NCBI GenBank assembly: GCA_964188305.1
Contig: OZ076893.1
From: Podarcis bocagei
Taxonomy: Eukaryota
DNA length: 64,000 bases
Direction: 5' to 3' (one strand)
A program made the position numbers and the translations under genes. Position 1 is the stretch's first letter; each line of letters opens with the position of its first letter. The notes beneath the pieces were generated by a model. It had not been told where the DNA came from, made no database searches, and worked only from the letters and a program-made list of their open reading frames with translations. Shown one piece after another: positions 51,933 to 64,000 of this stretch.

Positions 51933-52713
51933 CTGTGGAAAAAGAAAAAAAGAACACAGGCATGATGAGTGTCAAACTTTGAGATCCTCTTCTGCTTTGG
52001 CACCATTGTTTTATTTCCTTTCCCACCTTTCCACTTGCACATAATGCTCAAGGTGTCCAACAAAAAGTTCATTAAAGCAAACTAAAAACACACAGACAAG
52101 CCACAGAACTGGAAAATCAAAAGGGAGGTGATTAAAAAGGCAAGCATCCATACATAACCTGGACAGGTTAATAATAACAACACAAAACCGTCTGGAACCA
52201 GATGAGCCAAAATAAGTTGAGGGAGCAGAGGGCCTTCCTGTGGAAGAGCTCCACAACTAAGACATGCCCTCAGCCTTTCATGTGTGTACCAGCCTGTGCA
52301 GGGCCTGCAGAACTTTCCCAACAGAGCACAGGCCGGGTGGCATGGCAGTCTCTTAAGTATCCTGGACCCCTGCCATGTAGGGATTAATAACCAGCACATC
52401 CGAATGCTCCTTGGAAACTTAACAGTAATCAGTGCAGGTGTTCAGGAAGGGCAACAATATGCTCTGAAAACCCTGGCTGCTGCATTCTCAACACTTTCTG
52501 GAGATGCTTCAAAGGCATCACTGTCATGTTAATCCAATCCTGATGTAACCAAGACACATGTTACTGGGGCTAAGTAAGATCGTCCCAGACTAAGGTGCAG
52601 AGAAATCACCAACCAGAGTGAGCCAAAGGCTTTCTTGGCTACAGCTGCCCTGGGCGTCCAGAATCAGGAAAAAGAAAGAAAGATTTACCTGTCACACATT
52701 TCTCTTCCACAAC

Positions 52714-53078
52714 CAGGGACGCGGACTTAGAAAAAATATTGGGGGGGGCCCGGGAAAGCTCATGAATAATAAATAAGCTCATGAATATGCAAATAAAGTG
52801 GCTCCGGCCCTAAATAGGGCAAGCCACGCCCCCCCAGCCAGCCGATTGGCTGGCTGGGAGGTGTGGCCAGTCGGGATTCCCCTGTTCTCGCGGGATTTCC
52901 GGCCGGGGCTCTCCGATTAGGGCGCGCGGCTGGCTGGCTGGCGAAGGAGGAGGCGGGGGACGGCGGCGGCGCTCTGCTGGAAGGGCGCCCGCCCGAGATT
53001 ATTGGGGGGGCTGAGCCCCCCCCAAATTTTTTTGAGGGGGCTCGAGCCCCCTCAAGCCCCATGGAGTCGGCGCCTATG
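52714..53078. mobile_element. Non-autonomous hAT-type DNA transposon, GC-rich
   Basis: Imperfect TIRs CAGGGACGCGGACT / CATAGGCGCCGACT; perfect 8-bp TSD TCCACAAC at 52706-52713 and 53079-53086. Confidence 0.88.
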
Positions 53079-53120
53079 TCCACAACCACACCCTCCACAA
53101 ACCATAAGAACTACCTAGCT

Positions 53121-53342
53121 CATGGGTAGGCAAACTAAGGCCCAGGGGCCAGATCCAGCCCAAACGCCTTCTAAATCCGGCCCGTGGATGAGTGGAATGT
53201 GTCATTTTATTTAAAATGCATCTCTGGGTTATTTGTGGGGCATAGGAATTCATTCATTTTTTCCCTTCAAAATATAGCCTGTCCCCACAAGGTCTGAGGA
53301 ACAGTGGACCAGCCCTCTGCTGAAAAATTTTGCTAACCCCTG
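53121..53342. mobile_element. hAT-Charlie-like MITE
   Basis: CATGGGTAGGCAAA...TTTGCTAACCCCTG; 8-bp TSD ACCTAGCT/ACCTAACT. Confidence 0.82.
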
Positions 53343-54341
53343 ACCTAACTTCTCCCTCTGCTGTTCATTTTATACAGCCCTTATTTATCATGTCTCCCTT
53401 TTTTTGCACCTCAGGACCAAAACACACGTGGCATAGAAGATTAGAGCTCCTGAAATAGTATATTTTACTCAAATGCCATGCATTTAGCTCATCACCTCCA
53501 CACAACTCCCTTGATCTAGCTCCTGCCCATACATCGAAAGGTCCTGTTACACCTTGTGGGAAAAGTAATAATACAGACATATATTTCTCTCTTCCAGGGA
53601 TATAAAGCAGCTATTATGAGAAGCATAACTGTCAAAAATTAAGGACAGAAGCATATTTATTCTGTCTGCCGAGTGAGTTAATTATAATAGGGCAAAGTAA
53701 TTGTATCAGGATATTTATTCAACAGATAATTTCCTCTGCTTATGTATTTGTTTATTAATGAAATCCTGTTTTTTATGTCGTAGCTCTGTTTCTAGGAGTC
53801 TTATCATTTTTATGTTGGTATTTTTGTGTACCACTCAGGCATTTTAAAATACTGAGTAGTTTAGAAATGCTTCTAAACAAATAAATAAAAAGAAATAAAG
53901 GCTGCTTCTCCTGCTCATTTCTAAAAGTTGTGTGATTTTGAAGAGACAGGAATCCTACAGGAAAGCAGGCATTCAGACATATGTAAAAATAATGCAACAA
54001 CAACAACAACAATAATAATAATACTTTTCTATTCCTTACATTTATCTCATGTCAGTACCTGCATATTTTCTTTCCCTCCCACAAAAGGCACTTGAATCTT
54101 TTCCAGATAATAAATTCAGTGCAACATTTCACAATCCAGAGGTATTCACTTGCAGCAGGAAGCTGCCAGACCATGTGGTCTATCTAGCATGCTTCTCCCC
54201 ATCCTGCTTTTCTAGAACTTAAGGTCCTCCCCAACTCAAGTTGCTTGCATTCTCACAAGGGGGAAAAAGGATTCAGACACCTATGCATCATCCCACCCCC
54301 TTCAAAGTCACACAGCATTGTTAGGAAAGACAGAGGATTTA

Positions 54342-54674
54342 GAGACTGATGTGGCACTGTGGGTTAAACCACAGAGCCTAGGACTCTGGTTGGCGGTTCG
54401 AATCCCCGTGACGGGGTGGACTCCCGTTGCTCGGTCCCTGCTCCTGCCCATCTAGCAGTTCAAAAGCACGTCGAAGTGCAAATAGATAAATAGGTACCAC
54501 TCCGGCGGGGAGGTAAACGGCGTTTCCGTGCACTGATCTGGTTCGCCAGAAGCGGCTTAGTCATGCTGGCCACATGACCAGGAAGCTGTACGCTGGCTCC
54601 CTCGGCCAATAAAGCAAGATGAGCGCTGCAACCCCAGAGTCGGCCACAACTGGACCTAATGGTTCCCTTTACCT
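54342..54674 (+). mobile_element. Sauria SINE
   Basis: gtggcactgtgggttaaaccacagagc...ggttcgaatccccg (B box)...agataaataggtacc...ccttttacct. Confidence 0.9.
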
Positions 54675-55248
54675 AGTAAAGCATGGGGAATGCGGGTTGC
54701 GTCAACTGTCCCTGCAGCTTTGCCCAAGCAAACTGACGTCTTCCACATCTACTGAGTAAAGTGTTTGGAGTCCTAATCATTTTTATATAGCTTGGTCCTG
54801 AAGTCACTCCTCCTGCCTTCTTTGGGGCCTGTGGACAAGGCCAGGGAAGGTAGTTTGTCACACCAAGATTTTAAGAGTATACATTGCCAGACGAGTTTTT
54901 GCCTTAACACCTGCCTTTCTTTTAGATTTCTACTGACACTTGTTCAAAACTCCTGTTTTGAAACCAAATTCTTGTGAAAGTAAGTCATTTCCACCCATAT
55001 CTGTCCCAAGTCACCTTGCTGTCCGAAGCAGCTGCATCATACTGTTACAAAACTGGGGGAGGGCGGGGTTCCCCCTAAACACTGAAATTAATAAGCGTTA
55101 GGATTTTGGGTTATTTGTAATACAAGGGGAGAATATAAACTGTGAAAGGAATTCCTGGGTAGCCTGGCCAAACTAGGGCCCTTAATGTTAAGTAATTTCG
55201 TTGTCCCCGATGGGGGCAATGACAATAAAGATATTATTAAAATTATTA

Positions 55249-55506
55249 TATTAAGTTGTGGGTGAACATATCAGACGACACAGTGATTCTTCAAACAGCT
55301 CTTGTTTATTCACAGGCCAGAACAGGACTGAACTGAAGGGCTCAGCCAGCCTGCTTATATAGAGCTCCACTAGAATGCAACAGTAACCATTTTCTGTGAC
55401 TATCCAATCACTGAACGTCACTTTCGATCCCTTATTTGCATATGTGGACCTGAACTATCTACAGTATCCCCCTGCTGGCCCAGGGTGAGAACTTTAGTAC
55501 ATAACA
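55249..55506 (-). mobile_element. Short solo-LTR-like element
   Basis: Minus strand starts TGTTATGTACT and contains ATGCAAAT, TATATAAG and AATAAA; ends ...CACAACTTAATA (degenerate CA end). No clear TSD. Confidence 0.55.
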
Positions 55507-55817
55507 CCTAAGAAAGCCATTGTGGGTTGTTAACAAGACAATAGAACTTATTGCCCCAGGTGTGACCAGAGATTGGAGATTTGGAACAATAGAGAAATGA
55601 ATATACCAAAAACTCTCTGAAAGAATTGGGAGATCCTGGCACTCATTTGCCTCTAAACACAATGCTTAGATTTCCCCATATCACTGAGAAGACCCTTTTC
55701 AATCTGCTAATATTTTAAATATTTTTATGCCCTAACAGTTCTCTTGCCTGCTGCCAGGCTTCAGAGCAAGAAAGAAATGTACGAAAAATAGATGCAAAAG
55801 GAAAATGACATTCTTAC

Positions 55818-55943
55818 CCTTTCAGTGCAACCAAAAGGGTTATGCTACGCGGGATGTAGACATACACCTGATTTCGCAGAATACCAGAGATAATTCTTTC
55901 AGCTGCATAGTCTGGATCCATAACAGGCAGGAACCGTGGCCAC
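55818..55943 (-). CDS. SDR16C5: SDR16C5 coding exon (126 nt)
   Basis: ctcttcag|g WPRFLPVMDPDYAAERIISGILRNQVYVYIPRSITLLVALK gg|gtaaga. Confidence 0.95.
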
Positions 55944-56157
55944 CTGAAGAGATAAAGCAGGTAAGAGAACTTCTCAATGGTCAGGAGTTCCCCACAGTTA
56001 CCACCTGTGCCAATGAGTTTCAGATATGAAGACTGCTGCCTAGTACAGCACCATTCCGAACAGGGGGGAAATCATTTATTCTTTCTTCAATATGATTTCC
56101 CCTCATTACTTTCAAAGGGCATTTTTTTCAGGGCAAATATTTGAGAAGACCTGTCAT

Positions 56158-56160
<3 letters not shown>

Positions 56161-56216
<56 letters not shown>
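56161..56216. repeat. (AAT)n microsatellite, probably expanded from the tail of an adjacent minus-strand L2-like 3' end (56217 to about 56340)
   Basis: About 18 AAT units followed by tttatttatatcccgcccttccc...gggctcagggcggctaac. Confidence 0.85.
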
Positions 56217-56219
<3 letters not shown>

Positions 56220-57082
56220 TAAAATTTTTATTTATATCCCGCCCTTCCCAGCCGAAGCCGGGCTCAGGGCGGCTAACAACAATAAAATAATCAAACAATC
56301 AAACAATCCAATATTCTAAAAACATTTCAATTATAAAAATTAATTAAAATCAAATTGATGGCAACCGTTAAGCAAAATTCTGTGCATTTCTCTATCATTA
56401 GGAGTGAGGGTTGAGACTGTATACAAGTGGAGAAAAACCATATCCTCATAGAAGAGAGTGGGAGACTCGACGTATATAGCCCCTTCTTAATCACTCCCCA
56501 GTAGCCAAGTTGATCTGTCCTATCTGATGGTATTGTTTTGAAACATTGGGTCAGCACACAAAAACACCACAACTTGGCCAGGAGGCCAGTCCTTCTGGGA
56601 TCTGGGTTTGTACATGATGTTGGGCTACAGAGGCAGGACAGGGATCTTGTGGGTGCTCCCATCCACCCCACTGCCCAACCATCTTCAGGACTGAGCTGGT
56701 GGAGACAGTATGGTGTTAAAGAATCCCAGCCCACGAGTCTTGGGTCTCTTCAATATCCATGCTGAGTACCCTTTGCTTGGGTCCACTCAGGAATTCATGG
56801 CTGCCATGACCATCAAGTCAACACTTTGAACAGCTGACACACATTGCAGGTCATACCCTGGATCTGGTATTTGCTACAGAGGATACTGGGAAAGAACTAG
56901 TGATTGTGTGAGAGACCGGGGGGGGGGGGGAGATCGAGATCATCACGCTGCCGTCATGAACAGATCATTCTGTGGTGAAGTCTGGATTGCCTGTGATTGA
57001 TCCTCACTGTAGAGGAGGGGGGAACAGTTAGATTGGCCCACCTCCGGAGACAGGAGGATCTTCTAGGCTGCACATTTTTAGA

Positions 57083-57231
57083 TATAGAACCACAGGAGTG
57101 TAAAGTTGGAAGGGACCACAAGCGTCATCTAATTCAACCCCCTGCAATGAAGGATTTTTTTTGCCCACTATGGGGCTCAAACTCATGACCCTGAGATTAA
57201 GAGTCTCATGCTCTATCAACAGAGCTATCCC
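57083..57231 (-). mobile_element. Squam3-like SINE
   Basis: agttggaagggacc...ccccctgcaatg...accctgagattaagagtctcatgctcta. Confidence 0.75.
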
Positions 57232-57281
57232 TTTCGTTTAAATGTTTAAAAGTTGTTTAATAGTTTAAATGGTTTTAAATA

Positions 57282-57521
57282 CAGTCCTACTTTGGTTTTT
57301 GAACAGTTTAGTTCTTGAACGTTTTGGCTCCCTAACGCTGCAAACCTGTTCTGGTTTGCGAACTATTTTTGGAAGCCGAATGTCCGATGGGGCTACCGTG
57401 GCTTCCGATTGGCTGCAGGAGCTTCCTGCAGCCAATCAGAAGCCGCACTTTGGTTTCTGAATGTTTTGGAAGTCGAACAGACTTCCGGAATGGATTCCGT
57501 TCAACTTCCAAGGTACGACTG
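57282..57521. mobile_element. Tc1/mariner MITE with internal hairpin
   Basis: TA|CAGTCCTACTTTGG...CCAAGGTACGACTG|TA; internal GATTGGCTGCAGGA-gct-TCCTGCAGCCAATC. Confidence 0.85.
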
Positions 57522-57946
57522 TAGTATACTTTTATACTGCATATTGTTTATATTATTTTATTGTTTTGCTGTGTGCTGCCCTGGAAGGTAGGGTTGGATA
57601 GAAACTTAATAAATAGAATGCCATCCTCAACAGTAATCCGTCAAATGCAGAGTGACACAATAGGCACAAATTCAAGAAGTGCCACTTCTCTCAGCGCATA
57701 TATGCTACTGTGGCGAACCTGCTGTTTAATTTATGTATATCATGCAGATTTGAGCATACAGGAACCCAGGAAGCAGACTTATAATAGGGCAGGTTATTTT
57801 TGGGGGGCCTCTTGTTGTCTACTCTAAATGACAGCGGCTCTCCAAGGCCTTAGGTTATGTTTCAATCAATCTTCACCATTTCAGCATTTCTCTTATACAA
57901 TTATTTTAACATTATATGGACACAAATATATAAACAGTTAACTCAC

Positions 57947-58091
57947 TTGGTTTGACAGCCATCAAACATTCCCGTGTTTATGAAAAATGGACAGACAATT
58001 GTGGATTTAACACCAGTCTTTCCCAGTGCCAACATCTCTATAGCTAGAGACTCAGCGAAGCCAACTACTGCAAATTTACTTGCACAGTAAT
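57947..58091 (-). CDS. SDR16C5: SDR16C5 coding exon (145 nt) with catalytic YxxxK
   Basis: ttcacag|[48 protein letters not shown] aa|gtgagt. Confidence 0.96.
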
Positions 58092-58526
58092 CTGTGAAAC
58101 GAGAGGAAAGATCTAGAAACATTGCAGCAGAACAATATCTGGGTAAAGCAGTGTATTAAAGATGGGACCTTTTGTGACATGGCCCACATGCAAAATAGTC
58201 GGCAATCCTGGTTTAATGGTTTCAACAGTCTCATGCAATTATAGGTGGTATTTAAAAAAACCAACTGATTACAGAGTAATGTCAAATGAACTCAGAACAA
58301 CTCTATGAGGATGGTTACATCAACAGAGATTGACTAGCCCATTGACACATGATCAGCTTCATGGCTAAGTAAGGATATGAATTCAGGGCTCCCTGGTTTA
58401 AGTCTGATTTTCTACAGACCTTTCTACAGAACTAGGACTAACACACAGATTACTGAGAGTGAATTTGAAAATTATGAACACATTGAAAGCCACCTGTGCC
58501 ATTGATTGGCTCTTCGCTTGCATGTA

Positions 58527-58754
58527 CAGTGGACGCTCGGGTTTGAACGTGATCCGTGCGGGATGCACGTTCGCAACCCGCAGCGTCCGCAACCCGCAGC
58601 TGTGTGTCTGCACAAATGCGGGTTGCGATTTGGCGCTTCTGCGCATGCGCGACCGCCGAAACCCGGAAGTAACCTGTTCCGCTACTTCCTGGTTTTGGCA
58701 GTCTGTAACCTGAAAAAATGCAACCTGAAGCATCTGTAACCTGAGGTATGACTG
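58527..58754. mobile_element. Tc1/mariner MITE
   Basis: TA|CAGTGGACGCTCGGGTT...AACCTGAGGTATGACTG|TA. Confidence 0.88.
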
Positions 58755-59523
58755 TACACCATTTTCTCTATGCAAGATCCTTTCCTGCACAAGCATCTAT
58801 GGCCCAATGCACAAGTGACAACACAGGTGCTGGCAATGCTTATTTGTTATGTTCTAACATTTCTCCACAATCATCATTCAAAAGCTTCTAGCTTTCTTCA
58901 GACTGAAAGCACATTCCTCAGTTATTTACTGCAGCCTTGTCAGTGCATGCATTTAGGGGATAGGGGAACCTGTGGTCCGACAGATGTTGCTGGACTGCAG
59001 CTCCCCATCATTCTTGACCATTAGCTATGCTGGGTGGAGCAGATGGGAGTTAACATCAGGGGAGCAACATGTTCCCCATCCTCTGAGTTACACTCTTCCT
59101 TGTCCTTTTTTGGTAAAGTATTTCCTTTGTTGGTTCCCACCTCCCAGTTAACTACTATTCCTGCCAAAGCTACCCATCGTAGCTTAACGCTAACATACGA
59201 CAATTAATCTGAAGACTCAGTGTTCAGAGGCCTATCTGTACCTATAACCTGGCATGCTAGCCTTAGCAGGAATGTTTAATGAAACTGCTTCTGCTACCAA
59301 CTTCTCTGCACCTACAATCTAATCTATCATTACTGGTGTCATCTACAAGAGCAGCTCATTCTTGGCTCTCCCCAGTTGCTTCCATATAGCTGTGTGAGAC
59401 TTCTAGTTCTACATCAGAGAAGCCCCTGTTTATCCACCTGTTGGACCACACGTCTAAAATAGATGAAAGGATCTGTGGTTTGTGCCTTTTGTTTGTTCAT
59501 CAGTGCATCTGATGTGTACTAAC

Positions 59524-59623
59524 CTGCCAGTCCTGTAACACCAACTAAGCCAGCTGCACTTGAAATAGTTACCACATGTCCATGATTAGAAGCTACCATG
59601 GCTGGAACAAATGCTTTGACAGT
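59524..59623 (-). CDS. SDR16C5: SDR16C5 coding exon (100 nt) with catalytic Ser region; upstream exons not found in the window
   Basis: ttctctag|[33 protein letters not shown] g|gttagt. The SDR16C5 versus SDR16C6 call rests on position next to CHCHD7. Confidence 0.94.
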
Positions 59624-60105
59624 CTAGAGAACAAACAAACAAAGATAACTAATCATACGATAACAAATAAATATACAAGGATGCATGTGCTAGCGTGGTG
59701 AACAAACTCCCTCTAGCAATTTCACCCCAGCCAGGACCTTCCTGGGCGATCTTGGGCACAGGACTTCTGCTGTTGCTACTTTAGCATCAGTTAGTACTAC
59801 TTGTTATTTACCTGAGACATCTACAATCAGCTTTTCAGTCAAGAGTCCCAGGGTGATAAAATTAACAAATTTTGAAACAGGTAGCAAAAGCAATAAATTA
59901 TCCATGCAGTGAGTTTTTATCAGCCATCTTATTGAAAATTATCAAGAGGCATGTTGCATGCCGGAGGGGAGGCTATTCCTGTAGGCCGTACAGGGTCAAT
60001 GTTTATAGAAATAGCATTTATGTGGGAAAAGGCAAGATGTTCTACTCTTTTCTTCTTCTTCTTCATCATCATCACCGTAGTAGTAGTAGTTTACATTTCA
60101 TAGTA

Positions 60106-60361
60106 CAGTCATACCTTGGGTTACAGACGCTTCAGGTTGCGCGTTTTTGGGTTGCGCACTGAACCCGGAAATACCGGAACAGGTTACTTCTGGGTTTTGG
60201 CGCTTGCGCATGCGCAGAAACACTAAATTGTGCTTTGTGCATGTGCGGAAGTGCCAAATTGCAACCCACACATGTGCAGATGCGGCACTGCGGGTTGTGA
60301 ACGCTGCAGGTTGCGAACGTGCCTCCCACACAGATCACATTCGCAACCAGAGCGTTCACTG
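60106..60361. mobile_element. Tc1/mariner MITE, inverted relative to 58527-58754
   Basis: TA|CAGTCATACCTTGGGTT...AACCAGAGCGTTCACTG|TA. Confidence 0.88.
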
Positions 60362-60394
60362 TAATACATTACAAAAACCAAGCACAAGTAAGTA

Positions 60395-60616
60395 CAGTGG
60401 TATCTTGGGTTAAGAACTTAATTTGTTCCAGAGGTCCATTCTTAACCTGAGGCACGCTTTCACTAATGGGGCCTCCTGCTGCCGCTGCGCCACTGGTGCG
60501 CGATTTCCGTTCTTATCCTGGGGCAAAGCTCTTCACCTGGAGCAACCACTTCTAGGTTAGCGGAGTTTGTAACCCAAAGCGTCTGTAACCCAAAGTGTCT
60601 GTAACCCGAAGTACCG
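60395..60616. mobile_element. Tc1/mariner MITE (CAGTGGTACCTC family), right TIR degenerate
   Basis: TA|CAGTGGTATCTTGGGTTAAG...GTAACCCGAAGTACCG. Confidence 0.75.
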
Positions 60617-62862
60617 TACAGTAAACTTATGCTACTTTCCTACATCCACAGCTTCGCAAGGGTAGGGAATAAAAAAAAAAGGAGAACGCGGGAAACTCGC
60701 CATTCCCCACTATCCATTTATTTATTTCCCCCACCCAGTGGATTTTCCTTGCTTACTGGGCTTTCAGAAGGTAGCACAAGGGCTCTGGCAGTGTGACACC
60801 TCATCCCCAAAGCCTGGTAAGTGAGGCACCAGTGTACGGAGAATGAGGCGCGAGGGCCCCAGGATGCTGACAAAGTCCTCACACCTCATACAACAATATC
60901 AGGCCTCCATCTTGTGGGGTGGTGGCGGTGGTTCCAGAGATTGCTGATTATGTGGTTTTGGCTTTGCACCCCTGGAACATAACCCTTACTTAACCTTGGC
61001 AGGCCCACTATCTTATTTCAACACTGTAACTCATCTTCTAATGCTCATAGAAGACTACCATAGAATTGGAAGCTTACCTTCCTTATCGCCAACCCTGCTG
61101 ACATTTGAACAACATGCCATACATTTTGTAATCCAACCTTTAAAATGTGGAGTTTTAGTAGTTCATTAGTTTCTGGCAGTGACAGTCTTCGCTGCTGTTC
61201 AGTTTCATTACCTTTATTAGATTAAATATTTCTCTTTTTTCTAATCTAAGAAGCTAAATACTGTAAGTTTATTTGTTATTTCATGCTCAGAAATACCATA
61301 GTTTAGTCTATGGATTTCACACCTGCAAGAAATTTTTCTTCTTCAAAAGTTTCACATCTAAACTACAGACTTACCATTTAATCAAAACAAAAAAAACTTG
61401 CTAGTAGTACTAGATGCCTGATTTTTTTTTTTACAAACAGATTGTTCTGCTGAAAAACTTACCACAGTTTAGTCCCATTTCCAATTATAGCAAGTAGATA
61501 CATAAATACAGATTTTATACAGAACTCTTTTAATTTCTACTATTGCAAACACAAAACACTTTTCAGACAACATCATGTTGAAGTGCACCACTCCTCTACA
61601 TGCATATTACATCCATTTTCCATTGCTCACCAATCCTACTGGGCCTTTTAAGCACTTGTTTGCACCACTGAAATCAGAACTTCTTCCAGTTTCTAGTAAA
61701 AAATCGATAGCATCATACCCCCAGAACAAATTCCAACTTCTGATTTCTTCTGTAGTTAAGAAGACAGAAGCAAAGTGTGAAAATGGGGTGACATCCCCAG
61801 CATGGTGTACATGGTTTGAAAACTGATGTTAAAAGTTACAGTAAAAATACAACACCAAAACAACACTCTCTAAATTGTTGTGCTAGAGGGAGCCAGTGCA
61901 AGGATCTCTGCTAGCAACCTAGGCCTTCTCCTCCCCCTGTGTGTACCCCACATCCCTTCCCATATCTGCTCCAGAGGGTTGGGAGAACCCTCAGAACAGC
62001 ACACAGAGAGAGGGCATTATACCGTTGAGCAAGCAGAAATGGAACCATCTCTTTAGTGCAATGCTGAATATAGCCCTCTGTCCTGAAAAACAAATGCCCC
62101 ACGGTGCAGGGAATATAAGTTCCACCATACTTTTGAATGTGTGCCTGTCTTCACCCTGACATTCAAAAGTCACCCTGTCTGATCAGGCTTGAGGTCTACA
62201 GGTGCTCCCAGGTCTCAATGATATGCAACAGCCCCTTTCGTTATACCTTTATTCAGTATTTTAAAATAAATGTTTAAAAGGGTGGGGTGAGGGTGGGGAA
62301 TGCTGTATTCAAATTATAACACTTCCAAACGTCCAACTAATTATACAAACTAGGATTGCAAAACTGTGCATACACTTGCATGGGACAAAGTTCCATTGAA
62401 CTTAGTGTGGCCTATCAGAGAGAACAATCAGACTTAGTGGGAACAATCATGGCTGCAGCACACCTTAGTGTGGCCTATCAGTGTAAACAATCATGGCTGC
62501 AGCACACCTTGAGCATGTTCATGCTCTCCTGCCAATAATGTAAATGTTACATGTCTGATGGCAAGCTAGATGACCTTACAGTCAGTTTCAAAATGCTTGT
62601 TCATTCTGCAAGAGGTTTTACACAGTGCTAGAAATCCTATCAAGGAGAAAGAGAGATTTAATGCAACCTGGCTCTGATTCAAATCTTAAATTTACTCACT
62701 CTGTTTTAGCTTGCATCTCACAGGCAACAGTTTAAAATCCAAGGAATAAAAATGCTTGGCTAAGTCTGACCTGTGACTCACAGATAAAAAAAACGAAATC
62801 AAATGTTGCCTGCACAAGCCTGAACACCCGGCTCTCCTTTTGGTTTTAGTTATATAAAGGGG

Positions 62863-62864
<2 letters not shown>

Positions 62865-62895
<31 letters not shown>
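62865..62895. repeat. (CA)n microsatellite
   Basis: About 15 AC units. Confidence 0.95.
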
Positions 62896-62900
<5 letters not shown>

Positions 62901-64000
62901 CATGCTTAACGCTGTCACTTTTGAGGGAAAAGGCACGCTACGAAAGAGCAAAAAGCAAATCACTGTTTCCTTTTCCCAGAAGAGTTGGAGAAGGAGGGGT
63001 GTCCCCTGAAACACCCTACCTCCTCCTCAGCCCCATTTCCACTGAGCTCTGCCACTTCCAGGGAGGGAGCCATGCAAGGAAGAAGGGGGCCATGGTGCTG
63101 CCCAGAGAAAAATAACAAGCAGCTGCCTTCACCTGCTCTCTAATCCTTCCTCTTTCAGTGTCAAGGCATAGGGAGTCAGCGCTGGAAAGATCAGGCACAC
63201 CCTCCTCTTACTTGCTCACCTGAGCACAGCAGACAGGGCCCCACTCCACTGCCCAGTAAGGGGGCATGTGGGAAGATGGGGGTGGATACTCCTTGCTTCT
63301 CTCTCAGCTGCAAAGAACAGGGAAGTGAATGATCGCCACTGCCTTTTGCCCTCTTTCTCTGAAAGGCTCCACCCATCCCCTTTCCCCTTCTTGGGCCAGT
63401 ATAGTGATAAGCCCACTCGGACCACCCAGAGGGTGAGAGCAAGTAAAAGGCAGCCTTGGCTGCTCTTCTAAGGAATTTCTACTTGTCCACTTGGCTACTT
63501 TTCCTTCAAAGTTCTTTCAAATTACACAGAGCAGCATTAAGCATGCTTTTATAGAACGTGCACTTTGATCCCGAGTCCCTGCTTGGTAAAGATTTGCACA
63601 CTCCCAAGTGTGCTTGGCTACCTGCATCTCCAGACCTTTAGACTCTGTGCCAATAATTAAAAGCCTGTGCAAGCAAGCCTTATCAGTTCATCCACTTGTC
63701 TGAGGAAGAAGTGGATGCTTGCCAGGGCAAAGAGGGGCTATTGCTATGGCATCCTTCTCAAGTGCTTCTGTGGATAACTGCAGTTTATACTGACACCCGA
63801 TCATGTTTTATTTCCTTTCCACCTAGTTCTTCATTGCCGTGAACAACTGTTTCATGTGTAAGCCTGACCACCTTACTGCTCATTCCCTAATCTAGATTAT
63901 TAAGCAATAAGATAAATAGTACTGGTCTGCTCTATATCTTGAGGTGCCCTCACTGCTTAGCTCCTTCCACTGAGAAAAAGAAACTGTCCATTTATTCCTA

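Noticed and set aside
1-64000. Prokaryotic systems (CRISPR, operons), tRNA or rRNA genes
   Set aside because: Intron-containing vertebrate DNA; tRNA-like boxes occur only in SINE heads; no repeat-spacer arrays.

Overview
Vertebrate genomic DNA, most likely from a squamate (lacertid-type) lizard, judged from Sauria SINE, Squam3-like SINE, RTE/Bov-B, L2, CR1 and TA-flanked CAGTGGTACCTC MITE repeats. The window covers the conserved amniote block PLAG1(-) / CHCHD7(+) / SDR16C5(-). PLAG1: the last coding exon is at 1-863 and runs off the window. The ATG-bearing exon (about 1394-1752) is mostly hidden in a 292-N gap. Non-coding leader exons lie at 6099-6202 and 28924 to about 29100. PLAG1 shares a CpG-island bidirectional promoter (about 29.1-29.4 kb) with CHCHD7, which has a complete 85-aa twin-CX9C CDS in 3 exons. 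The last four coding exons of SDR16C5/RDH-E2 lie at 51.8-59.6 kb. The most interesting signal is a stack of uORFs across the PLAG1 leader exons (43, 12 and 17 aa, plus an upstream ATG probably in frame with the CDS). Their lengths and sequences appear to match the human PLAG1 leader as I recall it; that comparison is from memory and must be checked by alignment. Most ORFs in the supplied track are spurious or repeat-derived.
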